Assembly (NCBI GenBank): GCA_964626665.1
Contig: CAZVGK010000008.1
Span: 1-64,000, forward strand
Reading direction: 5' to 3'
DNA: 64,000 nt
Source: an uncultured Gemmatimonadota bacterium
GTDB lineage: Bacteria; SM23-81; DAOVCL01
Shown here: one piece after another, positions 10,132 through 19,167 of the stretch
Layout: every line of letters starts with the position of its first letter
How positions within the stretch are numbered: position 1 is the first letter of the stretch
Notes under the pieces: model-generated
What the model was told of the DNA's origin: nothing
Database searches by the model: none
What the model saw: only the letters and a program-made list of their open reading frames with translations
Translations under genes and position numbers: made by a program

Positions 10132-10425
10132 GAACTTAGTCACCTGCAGCGGGACTTTCTGACAGGATGAACAGGATTTACAGGATTTTTTATTCATCTT
10201 CTCTATCCCATCTATTATTGTAACTCGCACTCGGATCATAACATTCAAACCAATTGCCAGCGGCACATTTGAATTGTGGGAGAGGTCTCCAGACCTCGAT
10301 TAGCGACATCAGGAGATGTCTCCCACATCCCAACTCGTATAGATGTAACATTCACAAGGAGAGCATTGGTGGATGAGTTTTATTTATCCTGATTATCTCG
10401 TATATCCTGCCTAAAAATAGAAATC
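10132..10425 (+). repeat. GAACTTAG element copy B with nested REP-like palindrome
   Basis: gaacttagtcacctgcagcgggactttctgacaggatgaacaggatttacaggat; internal gtgggaga...tctcccac; inverted atcctg repeats near 10385-10415. Confidence 0.75.
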
Positions 10426-10451
10426 TCTAAATTTAAAAGTAACCCTTCGAC

Positions 10452-11709
10452 CTCTGTACAGGACAAAAATTGGTTCATCATGTCGGGCGCATTAGTGGAG
10501 AAGCCGATTGTTTGAGGAGTAATAGTACCATCTTTTTGAAGTCTCGCATTCTATAAGAGATGTTCAGCAGAATCTCACGTAGTTGATCTAAGCCGTATCG
10601 GAATATGCTTATTGCCTTTCGCCCATGCTTTTTTATCTTGATCGGCTTATGGGAATGCAACCATTCTCCGGTGATGTGGCACCAGCAAAAAGCTATGGCC
10701 AACAGTGCAAGTAGTTTGCTAATACGCTCGGGGTTTGTCATATGTGTAGACTCGAAACGAAAGCCGCGGCTTTTCAAACAACCGAATAAAGTTTCTATCT
10801 CCCAACGTTGGGAGTAATCTTTAATAGCCAGTTCTGGATCATTATTGGTAACAAGTATGAGATATTCTCCATTAGAGAGGCGGAGACCAACGATGAAAAG
10901 TTCATGTCCCAATACCATTCGTTTTCCCTTTAAAACTTGCCATCCTCCTGGTTTTAATCCCCTAAACAGTCTCTTTGCAGGCACAGGGATTCCCCTGGCA
11001 TTCATTACTAAAAAGTTCTCATGGATACGGATACGAAAAAGTATTAGCTTGCTCAAAAGATACCTAAACCATTCTTGGCCAATAAATTCCCGGTCTGCTG
11101 TCAAGCATTTAATCTTGGCTACCCCAAATATCCTTATGAAACGATCGAGTAGATCTATTCGTTCGGCTGTATTGGAATTCCCTCTCTTGGGAAGGGGGAT
11201 CCAAAGGATGGGGAAAGCTACTCCCTTATAGGCAATACCGAGGACAAGAGGGTTGATATCCAGTTTCCCAAATTTCCAATTTGTTCTATCCATCGTTAGT
11301 ATCCACAGCTTGTCTTTGATGGGAAGCAGCTGAACTATAAGTTTACTAATAGTTGAAAAATCAATAGGAAAAAATCTGAAGAATCGCTGTAGACGTTTAT
11401 AGTTCGACTCTTTCTTGGCTTTTCTGGAAAAGGCAGTTGCAATCTCAACTAAATTGACACTTCTGACCTTCAAAAGTGCAATAAGAAAGTTGGCTAAGAA
11501 GCCTATTCTTGCAGCGTTCCATTTCAGATGATCTTTGAAGGCTTTCTTTATGATTTCAATCTCAGTCATGGCGCTATCTCCTATTAAAGAAGTATTTCCC
11601 GACGTCATAACTGAGCATATTATTCACGAAATGTCAAACAATTTTTTAACTAACAACAATTATCTCAAATGATTAATCCATTTCCAGGGGATTTTTGTCC
11701 TGTACAGAG
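10452..11709 (-). mobile_element. IS4-family (IS10/ISAba1-like) insertion sequence, complete
   Basis: 19-bp perfect TIR CTCTGTACAGGACAAAAAT; 9-bp TSD CCCTTCGAC (10443-10451, 11710-11718). Confidence 0.95.
10478..11608 (-). CDS. IS4-family DDE transposase
   Basis: MDRTNWKFG, ADREFIG, YSQRWEIETLFGCLKSRGF (YREK). Confidence 0.95.
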   Translation of the reverse strand: MTSGNTSLIGDSAMTEIEIIKKAFKDHLKWNAARIGFLANFLIALLKVRSVNLVEIATAFSRKAKKESNYKRLQRFFRFFPIDFSTISKLIVQLLPIKDKLWILTMDRTNWKFGKLDINPLVLGIAYKGVAFPILWIPLPKRGNSNTAERIDLLDRFIRIFGVAKIKCLTADREFIGQEWFRYLLSKLILFRIRIHENFLVMNARGIPVPAKRLFRGLKPGGWQVLKGKRMVLGHELFIVGLRLSNGEYLILVTNNDPELAIKDYSQRWEIETLFGCLKSRGFRFESTHMTNPERISKLLALLAIAFCWCHITGEWLHSHKPIKIKKHGRKAISIFRYGLDQLREILLNISYRMRDFKKMVLLLLKQSASPLMRPT

Positions 11710-11739
11710 CCCTTCGACAATAAAATACCAATCCAAAAA

Positions 11740-12216
11740 TCATTTAGTAATTGATTCTTGGTCTTTAACCGCAGGATTTACTCCTTCTATGCCCTCCAAA
11801 TCGGCGATTTCTATTAGCCTGGTGTCTGCACAAACAAACACCATCTTCTTATACTCTTTCTCTATCACGCAACTGGCCAACTGCAAGGTATCTAATGCTC
11901 TCAAGGATTTTGTATCACCATACTTTTCAATAAGACTCTTTGCCCTTTTTATTACCACCAAATCCAACGGATCTATAACAAAACGGTCTCTATAATCCCT
12001 CTCGAAGTTTTTAATCGCTTCTTCCCTGGCTTCTTTGGTAATCTCCTTTAGTCTCAGTTTTCTCGCTAATGCAGAATACACTTCCACAGAAGATAATTCC
12101 GAAACTATAATAATATTTCCCTTTTTGCTGAAAATTTCATCTACACAATCCGTTCCCGCTTCCTGATGATATAGCTTTATTAGTGCAGAAGTATCAAGAA
12201 AATAGCTTTTAGTCAT
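11740..12216 (-). CDS. vapC: VapC-like PIN-domain toxin
   Basis: YFLDTSALIKLY, LRALDTLQLASC, FVCADTRL; true ATG at 12216. Confidence 0.85.
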   Translation of the reverse strand: MTKSYFLDTSALIKLYHQEAGTDCVDEIFSKKGNIIIVSELSSVEVYSALARKLRLKEITKEAREEAIKNFERDYRDRFVIDPLDLVVIKRAKSLIEKYGDTKSLRALDTLQLASCVIEKEYKKMVFVCADTRLIEIADLEGIEGVNPAVKDQESITK

Positions 12217-12220
12217 ATTC

Positions 12221-12594
12221 GGTGGCGTAGTCAAAATTGTTAGTAACGCGACTCCTGGCTGAATCTGATCCAGTTGATATTTTGAGTATCCACTTTGGCT
12301 AGCTGAAGTAGGCTTTTACCGTTTTTGTATTTGTTCCTTCTCTGACGGTCTGTAAACTCCCTGAATCTATAACACTTTAGAGCTGCCTGACAGACATCAT
12401 GGAAGCAATTATAAAATCTTCTATGGAATCTGTGACAATTTAAATATTGCAACCGTCGCCTGGATTTATTCATTATGGTCTCCTGTGGCAAGTGATAAGA
12501 CCTTATTCATACCACTATACCACAGAAAGCCTTGATTTATCTAAAGATTCTGGATTTCAAAAAGCAAATCACTAACAATTTTGACTACGCCACC
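12221..12594. mobile_element. 374-bp MITE (IS1/IS1595-like ends)
   Basis: 24-bp perfect TIR GGTGGCGTAGTCAAAATTGTTAGT; 8-bp TSD TCATATTC. Confidence 0.9.
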
Positions 12595-12840
12595 TCATAT
12601 TCTATCTTCCCTATCAGCAATAATATCATAAGCCCAGTTACCCTTGGAAGTTGCCAAAAGCCTCCTGGTTCTTTGATGGTTAACTGCCCTAACCGTTTGA
12701 TCTGAAGGAGCTTGTTTAGCAATGAATTCAACTCGAATCAAAGAGATTAAACGGGCTATTTTAGGAAGAGCCTCATCAGGTAATGCACGGATCTCCTTCA
12801 AAATAAGTTCCTCATATTTAGATTTGTCAAACATAATCAT
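12595..12840 (-). CDS. Putative antitoxin of the PIN toxin
   Basis: ILKEIRALPDEAL N-terminus, C-terminal IIADREDRI; originally ATGA-coupled to vapC. Confidence 0.7.
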   Translation of the reverse strand: MIMFDKSKYEELILKEIRALPDEALPKIARLISLIRVEFIAKQAPSDQTVRAVNHQRTRRLLATSKGNWAYDIIADREDRI

Positions 12841-12883
12841 AACCTCCTAAGTCTATAATCTAAGAAGAAGTTACAGCTTATTT

Positions 12884-13160
12884 AAGCTCAGCCGATATCG
12901 GCGAGTCTTTTCTGCCAGGATTTACAGAATTTTTGTTCAGAGCTGATCAGGACGCAGATTTTCGCCGATAGCCACAGATATTTAAAATCTGGACAATCTG
13001 CGTTTATCTGCGTCCAAAATGGAAATCCTCTTCGTCAGGATTTACAGGATTTTTGACCCAATTCCTCCAAGGAAACACCGAATGACACCGAAACCACCGA
13101 AAAATTATAACGCATATTATTCCTTAGCATTTCTTGTTGCTTCGGTGATTTTCAGTGTTT
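12884..13160 (+). repeat. Degenerate GAACTTAG/CAGGAT element copy C with nested GCAGAT repeats
   Basis: gccgatatcggcgagtcttttctgccaggatttacag; acgcagat...atctgcgtttatctgcgt; caggatttacaggatttttgacccaattcctccaagg. Confidence 0.6.
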
Positions 13161-13255
13161 AACTTAATTATTCATCTGCCACAAAGACACCAAGCCCCAA
13201 GGTGTTAATGAAATTTAGGTTAAGCCACATTTTTTAACCGCCAATTATCTCCAAC

Positions 13256-13468
13256 TCAAATCCATTCCCTTCTCGAAATCCTGGCTTGCTTTAGGATTCG
13301 GGTTAAAAGATCAACGCCAACCTCTTTTCGGTGAGGGTTCGGAATGGTTAAAACCAAATCGTCTTTAACCATATACGGATGTTTTCCACCCCTATAGGGA
13401 CCTGCGAATCCGAATTTGTGCAGTTTTTTAACAAGATCCGACCAAGAAACCGGAGAAAGCTTAGCCAT
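13256..13468 (-). CDS. hicA: HicA-family mRNA interferase toxin
   Basis: LHKFGF, GGKHPYM, TIPNPHRKEV, LLTRILKQARI. Confidence 0.9.
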   Translation of the reverse strand: MAKLSPVSWSDLVKKLHKFGFAGPYRGGKHPYMVKDDLVLTIPNPHRKEVGVDLLTRILKQARISRREWI

Positions 13469-13715
13469 AAACCTTTAACTCTTCCGATTCTTCAATGATG
13501 CACTCTCCCAAAGGAGGGATGGGCAAGCCTCTTCTAAGCCTAACTATGATCCAACCATCTATAACATCTGCCAGGTTTCGGCGGCATTCCTCTAAGGTTT
13601 TACCAGTAGCCCAGACCCCCTGAAGGCCAGGAACCTCTCCGTAATACGGCTCTTCATCTTTAATAATCTCGTACTTGGCTCTATCTAATGCCTCTTTAAT
13701 GTACTCGATAATCAT
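13461..13715 (-). CDS. hicB: HicB-family antitoxin (short form)
   Basis: YYGEVPGLQGVWATGKTLEECRRNL...GLPIP. Confidence 0.9.
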   Translation of the reverse strand: MIIEYIKEALDRAKYEIIKDEEPYYGEVPGLQGVWATGKTLEECRRNLADVIDGWIIVRLRRGLPIPPLGECIIEESEELKVYG

Positions 13716-13855
13716 AACCTTCCCCTATCCTAATTTTTTGTTTTCAACCCCGTCCACATAACCTGAATAATTCGTATGCCACAAAGACACCAAGCCCCAA
13801 AGTATTGGTAACATTTAGATCAAAACAAAAGTTCAAAGACTAAATCAGAGCGACT

Positions 13856-14065
13856 GAACTTAGTTGCCTTTGGCGAGACTTTTCTGACAGGATAACAGGA
13901 TTTACAGGATCTTTATCCCAAATTATACAACAAAACACCAAAAAACATAATGCACATTCTTCCTTAGAATTTCTTACCATTTCAGTGATTTTCAGTGTTG
14001 TTTACTGAATGAGGTTGTTCATCCTGTCTGTTCTATCTGTCCTATCTGTCCTGTCTAAAAATGGA
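13856..14065 (+). repeat. GAACTTAG element copy D
   Basis: gaacttagttgcctttggcgagacttttctgacaggataacaggatttacaggat...atcctgtc...cctgtctaaaa. Confidence 0.75.
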
Positions 14066-14090
14066 ACTTCCTGTGCCTTGATTCAGAATC

Positions 14091-14519
14091 TTAAGCTTGT
14101 GTCTCTAACCAGTCTGATATCTCGATTAGAAAATCTCGCAGAATAGATGGACTTTTCTGCCAATGCTGATAGACAAGTCTGTCGTCGATGTTCATATAGA
14201 GATGAACCAACAAATTACGGAATCTACCAAAACCGTCCAGGCGGTGATATAAGCCCTCACTGATGAGGCTTTTTCCCCACCCCTTTTTAATTGCCTCCTC
14301 GTATGTTTCCGGAAATATGGCGAATTTGGAGGTTAGAATGTGAGACAGGATGTCCACAACTATCTCTGCTGCCAGGGTAAGGGCTCTTTCCACAGCCCAA
14401 CGCAAAGTTTGATTGCGCATATAATCTTCAAACGTCACCCCTTGCAGTTGCTCGAACTCCCCGATAATAAAACGCAGTCGCTTAAGCCTCTCCCTTATCT
14501 CTTCTTCTCTGAAGACCAG
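14091..14519 (-). CDS. hepT: HepT-like (DUF86) HEPN RNase toxin
   Basis: RNLLVHLY = RX4HXY; frame open upstream to CTG at 14519 (non-canonical or mutated start). Confidence 0.8.
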   Translation of the reverse strand: MVFREEEIRERLKRLRFIIGEFEQLQGVTFEDYMRNQTLRWAVERALTLAAEIVVDILSHILTSKFAIFPETYEEAIKKGWGKSLISEGLYHRLDGFGRFRNLLVHLYMNIDDRLVYQHWQKSPSILRDFLIEISDWLETQA

Positions 14520-14971
14520 CTTTTTATCTCCTTGCGTAATATTTCATATTGGTTACGTCTCAGAATTCCCGTGTCCCAATATTCCTTCATAACTCGTAGC
14601 TCAAATCGGTTCTCGGTTTGAGCATCACGGTGATAGAACCCCCAACCCTCACTGATGACCCTAAATCGAAAGGTGGGAGAGGCCTGGTTCAACAAAACCA
14701 CATCTACACGTTCTGTCCCCAAAGTTTGGGCAACCGTCCTAACGATGGTTGCGTACTCCTCGGGAGAAAGCTCATCTGTAAGCAGAGCGATATCTACATC
14801 CGACGTCTCCTGCCCGTCATTGCGCGCCCTGGAACCAAAGAGATAGGCGGCAAGCACCTTCGGCTCCAGGGAGAATCTCTCTGCCAACTCTTTAAGCTTC
14901 TGTTCTAAGTCACCTTTAAAAGGTGGAATCATCCTCCCTGCTATTCCACGCCATCTCTCAGCTATACCCAT
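14495..14971 (-). CDS. mntA: MntA-like minimal nucleotidyltransferase antitoxin
   Basis: YLFGSRARNDGQETSDVD = GSX10DXD; VDVVLLNQAS. Confidence 0.9.
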   Translation of the reverse strand: MGIAERWRGIAGRMIPPFKGDLEQKLKELAERFSLEPKVLAAYLFGSRARNDGQETSDVDIALLTDELSPEEYATIVRTVAQTLGTERVDVVLLNQASPTFRFRVISEGWGFYHRDAQTENRFELRVMKEYWDTGILRRNQYEILRKEIKSWSSEKKR

Positions 14972-14998
14972 AGTCTTCCCCTAAATTTTCCCAGATTA

Positions 14999-15208
14999 GA
15001 ACTTAGTCACCTGCAGCGGGACTTTCTGACAGGATGAACAGGATTTACAGGATTTTTAACCCAATCCCTCCAAGAAAACTCCAAATAACACCGAAAAATT
15101 AGCTCCGAATGCTGGCGCTCCACAATCCTCCGCTGTCACCCTTGAAGGGAGCATGCCCCTTTCAAACTAACCCCAACATTTCGGAATTTCTTAGAAATTC
15201 CGAAATGT
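14999..15208 (+). repeat. GAACTTAG element copy E, fused to the GAAATGT end of the 171-bp element
   Basis: First ~58 bp identical to copy B; 15113-15208 matches reverse complement of 1082-1200. Confidence 0.8.
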
Positions 15209-15249
15209 AAAAAGTATTCAATCCAACCCGATGTGTCGACGAGATTCAT
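15209..15249 (-). pseudogene. 13-codon stub of a VapC toxin
   Basis: MNLVDTSGWIEYF then element boundary; ATGA overlap with upstream antitoxin. Confidence 0.7.
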
Positions 15250-15455
15250 ACCCTGTCCTCACGCTCTCTTTCGAAGGTGGAATCCAGACCTTTGAGAAAT
15301 CCCTTCATTTCAGCCATTGGGCGAATTGGAATAAGTTCGATGCGATCGTCGAAACTAATGACCTGAAGTTTCTCTCCAGGTCGCAGATGCATGCGCTCCC
15401 TAACGCGCTTTGGTATCACAACCTGAAATTTCGGAGATAGTGTTACAGCATCTAT
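15246..15455 (-). pseudogene. AbrB/MazE-type (VapB) antitoxin with ATA in place of start codon
   Basis: Manual translation IDAVTLSPKFQVVIPKRVRERMHLRPGEKLQV...EREREDRV*; RBS AAGGAG. Confidence 0.75.
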
Positions 15456-15589
15456 ATCGCTCTCCTTTTTTAGTCACAAATATAGCCCATCGATAATTCG
15501 ATGTCAATAATGATGTACGATAAGTTCCACAACATCCCCTTGTGCCTTCGATTCAAAGAGAACGAGTCGTTCCGAAAGAGTGCCCTGGT

Positions 15590-16130
15590 ATCTTCACAGT
15601 GGGAAAGCCGCAATAAAATATTTCACCGCAGAGTCGCAAAGGACGCAAAGTTCACCGAAATACTATCGTAGATCGTTACACTCACCGTGGGTAGGGGATT
15701 GATTTATCATACCCGTTCGGGTCGCATAAATGCGACCCCCACACTTCTACCCCCGCAAAAGCGTGGGGTAACCACTTCTGGGCTTTAGCCTGTTTGGAGT
15801 GCTGTGACTCCTGTCACAGCTTGCGTCAACAGGGTTGACGTACTCCACAGTAACTCCGCACTAAAGTGCGGTAGAAATAGGAGATTGCTTCGGCTGGCCA
15901 CTTCGCTATCGCTCAGGGCAAGCCCCGCAATGACGGGCAAATGGATGAGGTATAGCGAGAAGCAAAACGACGAAGCAATCTCAATCTACCCGTCTTCAGC
16001 CCCATTGCCACTCTCCTCTCTTGCCATCGTATGGTCTTGTAGGGGCGCAAGGCCTTGCGCCTCTACTCAAAGCAGCCTGAAAAAACTTTGCCAAAAAAAC
16101 AAGATCTTGCGAGTTTGTATTACAGAGATA
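15590..16130. repeat. Nested composite palindromic intergenic element
   Basis: GCCGCAA start, cgcaaag 9-mers, GTAGGGG REP-like stems, CTACCCC...GCACTAAAGTGCGGTAG, GAGATTGCTTCG...CGAAGCAATCTC, AAAACAAGATCTTGC end. Confidence 0.7.
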
Positions 16131-16218
16131 TGAGCCCCTGTATCAACGATAGAACTCACCTCTAGCTGGGAGGATTACCACCAGACTTTATAAGCAAAAC
16201 GAAACTTTCATAAACACG

Positions 16219-16256
16219 GCCCAACCTCCGCTGTCAGGTGCAGCGACTGGTTAAGC
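16219..16256 (-). other. Shortened attC-like site
   Basis: GCTTAAC-CAGTCGCTGCACCTGAC-AGCGGAG-GTTGGGC downstream of RelE/ParE gene. Confidence 0.45.
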
Positions 16257-16333
16257 AAATAGCTCCACTCCGCAGTCGTCTTGCTCATTTTTTCGCTTTC
16301 TACACCACTGTCCTCTATTTTTCCTCCCAATGG

Positions 16334-16627
16334 TTAGCGTAATCTATCTTTCCAGTAACCAGGTTCTCTATTCAACTGCATAACAGCAACAATAAGGATT
16401 TCATCTTCGAGAACCTGATAGATGACTCCGTAGGGAAAACGATTTGTCAAACACCTTCTACTGTTTGGGGATAATCGTGGCCAAGCTTCAGGAAATCGGA
16501 TGATGCGTTGAATAGTTGAGTACACCTCTTCTGCAAATTCTAGCCCTAGCCCTGGACGATAATCTTCATAGTAGTCTATGGAATCATTTAATTCCGCTCT
16601 TGCGGAAGGATGAAAGCTATATTTCAT
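16334..16627 (-). CDS. RelE/ParE-family toxin
   Basis: FHPSARAEL...YYE...GLGLEF...RFPYGVIY...REPGYW. Confidence 0.9.
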   Translation of the reverse strand: MKYSFHPSARAELNDSIDYYEDYRPGLGLEFAEEVYSTIQRIIRFPEAWPRLSPNSRRCLTNRFPYGVIYQVLEDEILIVAVMQLNREPGYWKDRLR

Positions 16628-16857
16628 TTTCCAAATCGCTTGCGGACGTTCTCAAAGACTTGATCACCGGGAATCAGGCTCACTTTTCCGGAGTTAACCT
16701 CCTCAATGCGCCTTTCTGCTTCCTTTGCCCACAGCCTGTCGACTTCCTTTTGTGTCGGAACATTGAGGCTCTCCAGCAACCTGCCAACAAGTGCTGTCCG
16801 CATATCAAAGGGAAGTGACAGTACCTCCTTGAGCAATCTTTCATTTAGGGTAATCAT
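16624..16857 (-). CDS. Addiction-module antitoxin (TIGR02574-like)
   Basis: VLSLP...LLESL...WAKEAERRI...SGKVSLIPG. Confidence 0.85.
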   Translation of the reverse strand: MITLNERLLKEVLSLPFDMRTALVGRLLESLNVPTQKEVDRLWAKEAERRIEEVNSGKVSLIPGDQVFENVRKRFGK

Positions 16858-16949
16858 TTTCCACTTCCTTTCTCGAATAGTGACTGTTTCCTGAAATCAA
16901 AATATTTTCACGCTGGATACGAACGAACTACTTTTTTGCACTGCAATGG

Positions 16950-17155
16950 GTCTAACCATTGCTCAATATGGATCTGTCCAACCATTCTTTGTTTTAAATT
17001 GAACTCCCACAGTTGGCCTAATCACATAACCTTTCTCGGGAATCTTTTCCTCCAGTTCATGATCGATATCTATATCAAACCAAAGCTTAATAATACATGA
17101 AACTGTCTCGTGCCCAGTTTAAATCATCCCAGAATCTTTTAGGCATTTCTTCCAT
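16950..17155 (-). pseudogene. Fused remnants of a DUF5678-like gene and its downstream partner
   Basis: MEEMPKRFWDDLNWARD then ...VQFKTKNGWTDPY* in another frame. Confidence 0.35.
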
Positions 17156-17264
17156 ATCTCCTGGTATATTAGATAGAAAGCCGAATTCTCTTTAATATAC
17201 CAATTTCACCTGCTTTTTGGGTGATAATTTTTTTTTCTAGCGTCCTCCACATTCTGGGTACTAC

Positions 17265-17812
17265 TTAGACTTCCACCAGCTCCGGAAAAGGAATAACTGG
17301 CACTCTGATACTCTCTTTTATTTTTTCAGCTTGAATTGTGAGATTGTCCATCATTTCGACCACATGGGGAGTAAAGTATACCTCACCGCATTGTTTACAG
17401 ACTTCCGCGGGGATGGCTTTAAAAAGAACAATCTTATCGCCCCATTGGTGAATGTGTTGGATTTTCTCTTTTTGGCTCTTCTCCATTTTAGTTGAAGCAG
17501 ATTCTTATAACCTCAGGAATAACTGAAGGTTACATAGCAATCTATCTTGATTACAATACACGAAATCAGAGAGTTTCCAAATTCCTAAGTCATTATCAAT
17601 TAAACAGTTGGCATTTTGATAGGTTTTACGAAATTTCTCGCTTTATGACTTTGAAAAACAGGGACTTAGTGAACTTCAAACCGCAAATATTGATGATCTG
17701 AGATTTCATATTTTGGATAACCATCTGCAAATTGGTGATTTATACCTTCAACTAAAATGGAGAAGAACCCTTTTTTTATAATTTCACCTCTGCAAAAATA
17801 GCACTTTCTCAT
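17265..17812 (-). pseudogene. YgiT/MqsA-type zinc-finger antitoxin split by a MITE
   Basis: MRKCYFCRGEII (17812) and IPAEVCKQCGEVYF on either side of 17474-17769. Confidence 0.8.
17474..17769. mobile_element. 296-bp MITE (ISL3-like ends)
   Basis: TIR GG(C/T)TCTTCTCCATTTTAGTTGAAG 23/24; flanks CTCTTTTT / CTTTTTTT as imperfect 8-bp TSD. Confidence 0.8.
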
Positions 17813-17814
17813 GG

Positions 17815-17912
17815 CTATCCTCCTCTTCTAATTTGCCAGTCGATCCATTGATCTGGGTCCGGACGGTAAACTGTAGGTGGCTTCAAAAAAGTAGGACACA
17901 TTCCCTCCACCA
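17815..17912 (-). pseudogene. C-terminal remnant of a DUF4258-like toxin
   Basis: TVYRPDPDQWIDWQIRRGG* immediately upstream of the YgiT gene; 5' part lost near GAAC element. Confidence 0.6.
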
Positions 17913-18070
17913 GAACTTAGCATCCTTCGGTCGCTAACTTCCCATAGGGTCTCTCGACCCTCTGGCGCTCCACAATCCTCCGCTCGCTTGGATTGCGAAG
18001 CTCTCACCCTTGAATCCCAACCTACATCAGGACTTCAAACTTCCCCTGGGCCGTAATTTTCAGAGATTTA
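17913..18070 (+). repeat. GAACTTAGC element copy F (relative of 1082-1252)
   Basis: gaacttagcatccttcggtcgctaacttc...tggcgctccacaatcctccgc...cacccttgaa. Confidence 0.7.
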
Positions 18071-18098
18071 GAGAGGTCACTATGGCCACTAATTCCCT

Positions 18099-18869
18099 TC
18101 ACATCAACTTGTCTTCCAGGGCCTGCAGAAGTTCTTTTGCTAACTCCAGCATAGTTCCAGCATCCTCTTTTGTGATTTCTCTATGACGCTCATATCTTGC
18201 TTGATTTCTGAGCCTCAGACCAAGATTTATTTTCCGTCCTATTTCCCTGGGGAGTTTCCCGGTCTTGATGTATAATCTGGAGAATTGCTGCACTATAGTG
18301 CTATGTCTCCTCGGAATGTCCTCTCCCTGTAAAATTAAAAAGCCCTTCAGGCACAGTTCCACACTGTTATAGGCACCATCAACGAGTAGTCTGTAGTTCC
18401 CCAAATCTAGATTCGAATGGCTTTCCCTGTAATATTGGTCGGCAAGCTCCAAGAATTCCCCGGCCTCACCTCTTTTAATTTCTTCCTCTGACATAGAGTA
18501 TATCTCCTTTCTGTTCTTGATAACTTTTCTATGAAAGTAGGAGCCATTCCTTCTGAGTTCATCAATACAGCCAACAATAGGCTGTATTACCTCATTGTAT
18601 TTTATCATAGTCTCGAGTCCCACCCTGTCGCACTCTTCGGCTACCTCTCTCAAACTGTTAAGTGCAACTATAAATAGGTCTATATCGCTCTCTTCCGTAA
18701 CCCTCTGCTCTGCAAGGCTTCCAAAGAGATATGCCTTAGCTATTATTCTACCAACAGGAGTTGAGAGAAGGGAACGAATAAAAAAATTCATCGCTTCCCT
18801 TTTGTTCCGTAAAAGTTCATCCATACTATTCTGCACCAAAGTGTGAGCCATTTGGCAATACCTTCCCAT
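18099..18869 (-). CDS. Fused nucleotidyltransferase-HEPN protein
   Basis: N-term YLFGSLAEQRVTEESDID; C-term AYNSVELCLKG...HSTIVQQF...LRNQARYE; start may be 18824. Confidence 0.85.
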   Translation of the reverse strand: MGRYCQMAHTLVQNSMDELLRNKREAMNFFIRSLLSTPVGRIIAKAYLFGSLAEQRVTEESDIDLFIVALNSLREVAEECDRVGLETMIKYNEVIQPIVGCIDELRRNGSYFHRKVIKNRKEIYSMSEEEIKRGEAGEFLELADQYYRESHSNLDLGNYRLLVDGAYNSVELCLKGFLILQGEDIPRRHSTIVQQFSRLYIKTGKLPREIGRKINLGLRLRNQARYERHREITKEDAGTMLELAKELLQALEDKLM

Positions 18870-18975
18870 TTTATGGTTCCAGCCCCCAATAGATACACAT
18901 CTTAAATCATACTATAGAGGCCAAACTCAAGAATCAACCTCGGCTTACTATTAGGAACATGGGCATTCCAACCGT

Positions 18976-19167
18976 CTAATCAGACACATCCCTTAGCCAT
19001 TTCTTCACATATTCCATAAAATCGTAAAGATCAAAAAGCTTCTGGAGATTATTGTGGGTCTCTCCATTCTATTTCTCAATTCTTTTTTCCTTCAGAGGCT
19101 CCAAGTTTAGCAAGCATTCTTTCAGTCTTTCTAAGCGCCTCTCTACGCCGCTGAATTCCGGTTTCAT
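18976..19167 (-). pseudogene. HepT/DUF86 toxin with internal deletion
   Basis: MKPEFSGVERRLERLKECLLNLEPLK...*...LYDFMEYVKKWL; catalytic RX4HXY region absent. Confidence 0.6.

Noticed and set aside
12240-12491. 83-aa ORF inside the MITE
   Set aside because: No recognisable motif; probably scrambled transposase residue
9531-18070. CRISPR array or classical integron for the repeat-punctuated region
   Set aside because: Repeats are degenerate, hundreds to thousands of bp apart, lack RYYYAAC/GTTRRRY cores; no cas or intI gene in window
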